A stretch of 64,000 bases of DNA from NCBI GenBank assembly GCA_947644695.1, contig CANSAJ010000003.1, positions 8,424 to 72,423 of the forward strand. The letters run 5' to 3'. This stretch comes from an uncultured Bacillota bacterium. Its GTDB lineage: Bacteria; Bacillota_I; Bacilli_A; RF39; UBA660. A program made the position numbers and the translations under genes. The notes under the pieces are model-generated. The model was not told where the DNA came from. It saw nothing but the letters and a program-made list of their open reading frames with translations, and ran no database searches. Positions 60,003 to 64,000 of this stretch are shown here, piece by piece. Position 1 is the stretch's first letter; each line of letters begins with the position of its first letter.

Positions 60003-60575
60003 TTATTTTACTCCTTCTAATGCTTTTATTCCATTTATAATTATTTCTAGTGATAAATCAAAACTTTCTTTAATTGATATTGGATTCCCAAACGCATTAT
60101 TGTTTACTAATAAAGAAAAACCTTCTAAGAAACTTCTTAAAGTTCTTACAATGTGATTTATATTATCTTCACTAATATCTAGGGAGCTCATTACTTTGAA
60201 TATCATATTAAATAGTCTCTTAGTAGCATTATCTTTTTTATCATTTTCATATTTGTTGTACCAAAGCATTGCAGTAAAGATTCCTTTATTATTTGTAGAA
60301 TAATCATAGAAGGCATAACACATATTTTTTAAAGCATCATATCCTGAAACTCCAACAGCAGAATCAATTATTTTCTCTTCCATTTGTTTCCAACCATAAA
60401 TCATTAATCTTTGTTTGATTTCATCAAGACTTTTTATATGATTATATAAAGATGGTGATTTGATATTTAATTCTTCGGCTATTAGTTTTAAAGAAAGATT
60501 ATCTAATCCAACTTTATTAGATAACTTTGCAGAAGTTTCAATTATAAGTTCATCACTAATAATATTTTTTGACAT
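60003..60575 (-). CDS. TetR-family transcriptional regulator
   Basis: N-terminal HTH LSLKLIAEELNIKSPSLYNHIKS. Confidence 0.8.
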   Translation of the reverse strand: MSKNIISDELIIETSAKLSNKVGLDNLSLKLIAEELNIKSPSLYNHIKSLDEIKQRLMIYGWKQMEEKIIDSAVGVSGYDALKNMCYAFYDYSTNNKGIFTAMLWYNKYENDKKDNATKRLFNMIFKVMSSLDISEDNINHIVRTLRSFLEGFSLLVNNNAFGNPISIKESFDLSLEIIINGIKALEGVK

Positions 60576-60672
60576 TGTTTTCTCCTAACTAATCTAATTA
60601 AGATTATAACTAATTTAATTAGTCAGGTCAATAAGTGAAAATTATATCAATTAAAAAATAGAGTTATAAACT

Positions 60673-61137
60673 CTATAGTAAATTCATTAATATGTATGTT
60701 ATAAATGGACTAGCATACATTATTATATATACTAATGTTATCCATGGCTGATACTCAATATAGAACCTTTTAAAGGTTAATGATAATGGATGTTTTATAA
60801 GTACCCATCCTACTAAATCAATTACTATGGCAGATGTTCCCCATAATATTGACGTTTCAATTACATTTGCTAAAGTTATTGTATCTAAGCTTTTGAAATA
60901 CATATAAGCAAATATTGGCAAAATTATTAGATTATATATAGGATGCCATGGTTTTGTTTTGTTATAAGCTTCTCCTAAGCCTTTGCCTTTTCCTCCACTT
61001 TCTTTCATAGATTTCATGTGTAAAACTTTAATATTAAATACTGTGTGAAGAAAACCAATCCATGTTATTATTATATATCCTATAAAAAAATATAATAATG
61101 AAGAAAATATTTTTCCCATTTTCCATCCTCCAATCAT
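60673..61137 (-). CDS. Integral membrane protein (4 TM), hypothetical
   Basis: Hydrophobic 154-aa ORF adjacent to the TetR gene. Confidence 0.45.
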   Translation of the reverse strand: MIGGWKMGKIFSSLLYFFIGYIIITWIGFLHTVFNIKVLHMKSMKESGGKGKGLGEAYNKTKPWHPIYNLIILPIFAYMYFKSLDTITLANVIETSILWGTSAIVIDLVGWVLIKHPLSLTFKRFYIEYQPWITLVYIIMYASPFITYILMNLL

Positions 61138-61190
61138 TTTGATAAATTTCTATTTATAAAAATTCATAAATATTTTTGCAGAAATTGTAT

Positions 61191-61571
61191 TTATTCGCTA
61201 GATAATTTTATTAACTGATTAAGTTGCCAATTTCTTTCTTCTTTTATTTTTTCAGCATCATCGTTATATAAAATGTTTATAACTTTAATTGCATAATCAC
61301 TTGTTACCATAGAATGCTCTTTCATGTGTCCACTTGCTACAGCTTGTCCTATTACACGAACTATATTTTTATCTTGCCATAGTTCATTTATATTAAAGCC
61401 TTCTTCTATTTCAGGATATTTACTAATATCATAATTTGTTATTTCTATTATATGTCTAGCAATTTTTAAAGACCATTTTTCCAATATTGTTTGTTCTTGA
61501 TTTTCATACAATTGATCTATTTCTTTTCTAATTTTATTATTATCAATATTTTTTATTTTTCTAACTGTCAT
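61191..61571 (-). CDS. Hypothetical protein (126 aa)
   Basis: ORF with an RBS. Confidence 0.4.
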   Translation of the reverse strand: MTVRKIKNIDNNKIRKEIDQLYENQEQTILEKWSLKIARHIIEITNYDISKYPEIEEGFNINELWQDKNIVRVIGQAVASGHMKEHSMVTSDYAIKVINILYNDDAEKIKEERNWQLNQLIKLSSE

Positions 61572-61768
61572 TTACCTCTCCTATTATTGCTTGATTTCAT
61601 TAAGTGAATAAGTCATAAACTGATTACTAAAAATACTTATTTTATGTGAGACTTGATTTTTTATTTAAAAATAAATTTATTAATTAGGTTTGTTAATTCC
61701 TTTTTATTTTCTTGAAATTGTTTTTTTCGATGACCATTAGCTCCAGATGGATGTGGAAAGCCTAATAA

Positions 61769-62395
61769 TCATTGTTCTCTTTTTAATAAATTTTCTTTTA
61801 TCATTTGAATTAATATTTCTTCAACAGCTTTTCCTAATGGAATAATTAGTGCATTTGACAAAACTTTTGCTTCTTCATAAAAATATTTTTTAACATAATT
61901 ATACAAGACTTCACTTTCCATTATTTTAGGAGATGAGCCAGTATAGTTTTTATCGTTTATAAATACAGGATACGGAATAAGTGAGGTCGTGTGTAATAAA
62001 TAATCCATATTTGCAAACAACTCTGTGCAAGAATCTAAATGGAGTTGTTTATTTAAGTGTAACTCATCTAACATTTCAATAAGATTTTTCTTCATACTTC
62101 CTGCAAACCTAGAATTCTTTTTATATTGTAGCTTTATTTGATTAGATTCCAAACCTGCTAGTAACCCAGTTTGTGCTGTTTTGTACGCGATACTTGTTTA
62201 TGTCCATCCAGGAGTTATTCCAACTATGAATACTTTAGCTTTATTATTTATTATTTATTATTTCATTATGGGGAGCATAGTATATTTTCATATTGCCTTT
62301 ATTATAGAGTTCAAATTTTTTAATCAAAATATCTTCCTTATTAAAACTTGTCAATATTCTAATTTGATCGAAATAATTCTCAAACATTTTATCAC
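61769..62395 (-). pseudogene. Hypothetical gene (possibly UDG-superfamily-like), frameshifted near 62200
   Basis: Upstream frame MFENYFDQIRILTSFNKEDILIKKFELYNKGNMKIYYAPHNEIINNKAKVFIVGITPGWT* ends where the track ORF (TTG start, ...TAQTGLLAGLESNQIKL...) begins in another frame. Confidence 0.35.
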
Positions 62396-62452
62396 CTTAT
62401 TATAAATAACCAATTGTATGTTATTTCATATCAGACATTATATTATACATGG

Positions 62453-63319
62453 TTAGTTTTTACAATCTCCATCTGTATATTCCATAGAATAATCACCAAT
62501 AAATATATTTCTATCATTATTAATGGTATTACATATTATCATTGTGATATCTTTGTCTTCTGATTTGTAAATCTTTGTTCCACCATCTTTTAAAGTATCT
62601 TTTAACTCTAATTTGTCAGAAATATGTTTAATGCTTTCATCAAATGTTTGAAGTGTAGTTGTTATGTAAGTTTTTAGAGTAATATCTTTGTCTTGTTCTT
62701 TAATATAGAACTCTTCAAGATTACCAGCTAAATAAATTGTACGATTATCAAAAGTATAATAATTATTAAATCTAATATCATTATGTATTTGTGGTTTAGT
62801 TATGTAAAAATCAAAATTATTTTTATTGCTATTTGAATCACTTTGGTTTTTTCCGATAGTAAATTCAACTGCTATGTTAAACGATTCGTATTTACCTTCT
62901 TCATATTCATAGTTTATACTTTTTATAATTCTATAACTTCCAGCTGAAAGTTTACCATATTCATAATCCCAATTAAGTTCAATTTCTTTGATTTCTTTTG
63001 AGTTAAGATGAAAAGCAGGTAATGTAAAATATAATTTAACCTTTATTTTATGCCATTCTCCATCTTTTTTAATCTCTATTTCATAAGGATTTCCATATTG
63101 AAAGTTTTTATCACTATTATTGGTTAAAACTAGAGTAGCACCTGTATTGGTTAGTGTTCCGTCTTTAATAGACAAAATAACATCATTATTTTGTGAAATT
63201 TTAATATTAGACTTATTTCCTATATCAAACTCATTTTTTCTACTTTCGCAACCAACAACTCCTAAAACTAAAATACTACTTATTAATATTGAAAATAATA
63301 TTTTTCTCATTTGCACCAC
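62453..63319 (-). CDS. Lipoprotein (signal peptide + lipobox LGVVGC), hypothetical
   Basis: MRKILFSILISSILVLGVVGCESRK. Confidence 0.5.
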   Translation of the reverse strand: MVQMRKILFSILISSILVLGVVGCESRKNEFDIGNKSNIKISQNNDVILSIKDGTLTNTGATLVLTNNSDKNFQYGNPYEIEIKKDGEWHKIKVKLYFTLPAFHLNSKEIKEIELNWDYEYGKLSAGSYRIIKSINYEYEEGKYESFNIAVEFTIGKNQSDSNSNKNNFDFYITKPQIHNDIRFNNYYTFDNRTIYLAGNLEEFYIKEQDKDITLKTYITTTLQTFDESIKHISDKLELKDTLKDGGTKIYKSEDKDITMIICNTINNDRNIFIGDYSMEYTDGDCKN

Positions 63320-63468
63320 TCCATTTCAAAAACTACTTTTGATATAAAACATTATATCATTAAAAAAGTAATATCAAAACTCTTCAATAAAATTTATCTA
63401 TTCTAACAGATACATCACAATAATAATATTTAAAATAGTTAGTGCTTTATACTTAATTATTTTTCTAT

Positions 63469-64000
63469 TTACTCTATCTTATTTGATAAATTATTAAGTG
63501 GTATTTTTTTAATTATATTTTTAATACCTATAAAAATTGTTGCAGAAACTAGAATGCCTAGTGAATTTAAAATAATATCATTAACATCAAATGCTCTTCC
63601 AAAAATAGGTTGCATTATTTCTATAATTAAAACAAACATGATTCCTTTTAAAAGTATATTTTTCCATGTTGGTTCTTTCTGTGATAAAGGATATAAAATA
63701 CCAAAAGGCAAAAACATTAAAAAGTTCCCTATAGTTTCTTCACCAATGTTATTTATAAAGTTTAATGTAAAATTAAAATCTCCATTAAATAAACCTAATG
63801 AATGTCCTGGATCTCTATGATATATTAATCTATACCAAATTACATTCATTAAATCTAATCCAACAACCAAACAGATTAATCCTATTATATAACATATAAA
63901 AATATAAAAAAATATTTTTTTGCTAGTATGTGTTGTTTTGTCATTTCTAAATTTTATAAAAGCATAAATTATACTTAGTAATAATGATATAGGTAATGCT
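63469..64000 (-). CDS. VanZ-family membrane protein (5' end beyond the window; ORF open to the edge)
   Basis: GRAFDVNDIILNSLGILVSATIFIG is a VanZ motif; the reading frame continues without a stop upstream of M63870 to position 64000. Confidence 0.55.
   Translation of the reverse strand, partial: ALPISLLLSIIYAFIKFRNDKTTHTSKKIFFYIFICYIIGLICLVVGLDLMNVIWYRLIYHRDPGHSLGLFNGDFNFTLNFINNIGEETIGNFLMFLPFGILYPLSQKEPTWKNILLKGIMFVLIIEIMQPIFGRAFDVNDIILNSLGILVSATIFIGIKNIIKKIPLNNLSNKIE

Overview
Very AT-rich (~27% GC) Firmicute DNA, Clostridium-like, with almost every real gene on the minus strand. A ~39.8 kb siphovirus-type prophage sits at about 5970..45781. It is bounded by a perfect 23-bp direct repeat (TTTGTTAGCAACGTGTTAGCAAC) at 5970-5992 and 45759-45781, the second copy directly abutting the stop codon of a tyrosine integrase gene. 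Its modules, read from high to low coordinates, are: lysogeny (int, ImmA-like protease, an Abi_2 abortive-infection gene, cI-like repressor, divergent cro-like genes, xis-like gene); replication and recombination (replisome organizer with internal iterons, DnaB-like helicase, Rad52-like annealase, nuclease, NinB-like protein, SSB, HNH endonuclease, MazG-like protein, Rha/KilAC antirepressors, three DUF6273-like paralogs, ArpU-like late regulator); a tRNA-like gene; packaging (TerS, TerL, portal, Mu-F-like protein); head (scaffold, capsid); tail (tape measure, tail and fibre proteins); lysis (holin, M23/SH3b endolysin); and two plus-strand cargo genes beside attL. Left of the prophage are a complete group II intron (RT/maturase 4108..5415) and ordinary membrane/acyltransferase genes. 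Right of it is an orphan tRNA 3' fragment and then a chromosomal accessory region: a BceRS/BceAB-type peptide-antibiotic resistance module, an epimerase, a MATE::cytidylate-kinase-like fusion, a NUDIX + PUA/EVE-like-HNH operon, GNATs, an ASCH + DUF5131 pair, TetR, and a VanZ-like gene running off the window edge. Notable sequence-level oddities are: a (TTTG)13 tetranucleotide repeat in the tail-fibre module; an Abi gene bracketed by 17-bp inverted-repeat hairpins; an in-frame stop cutting off the SSB acidic tail; several frameshifts at poly-A tracts; and duplicated and diverging paralog modules in the prophage early region. All function calls are from motif recognition by eye; no searches were run.
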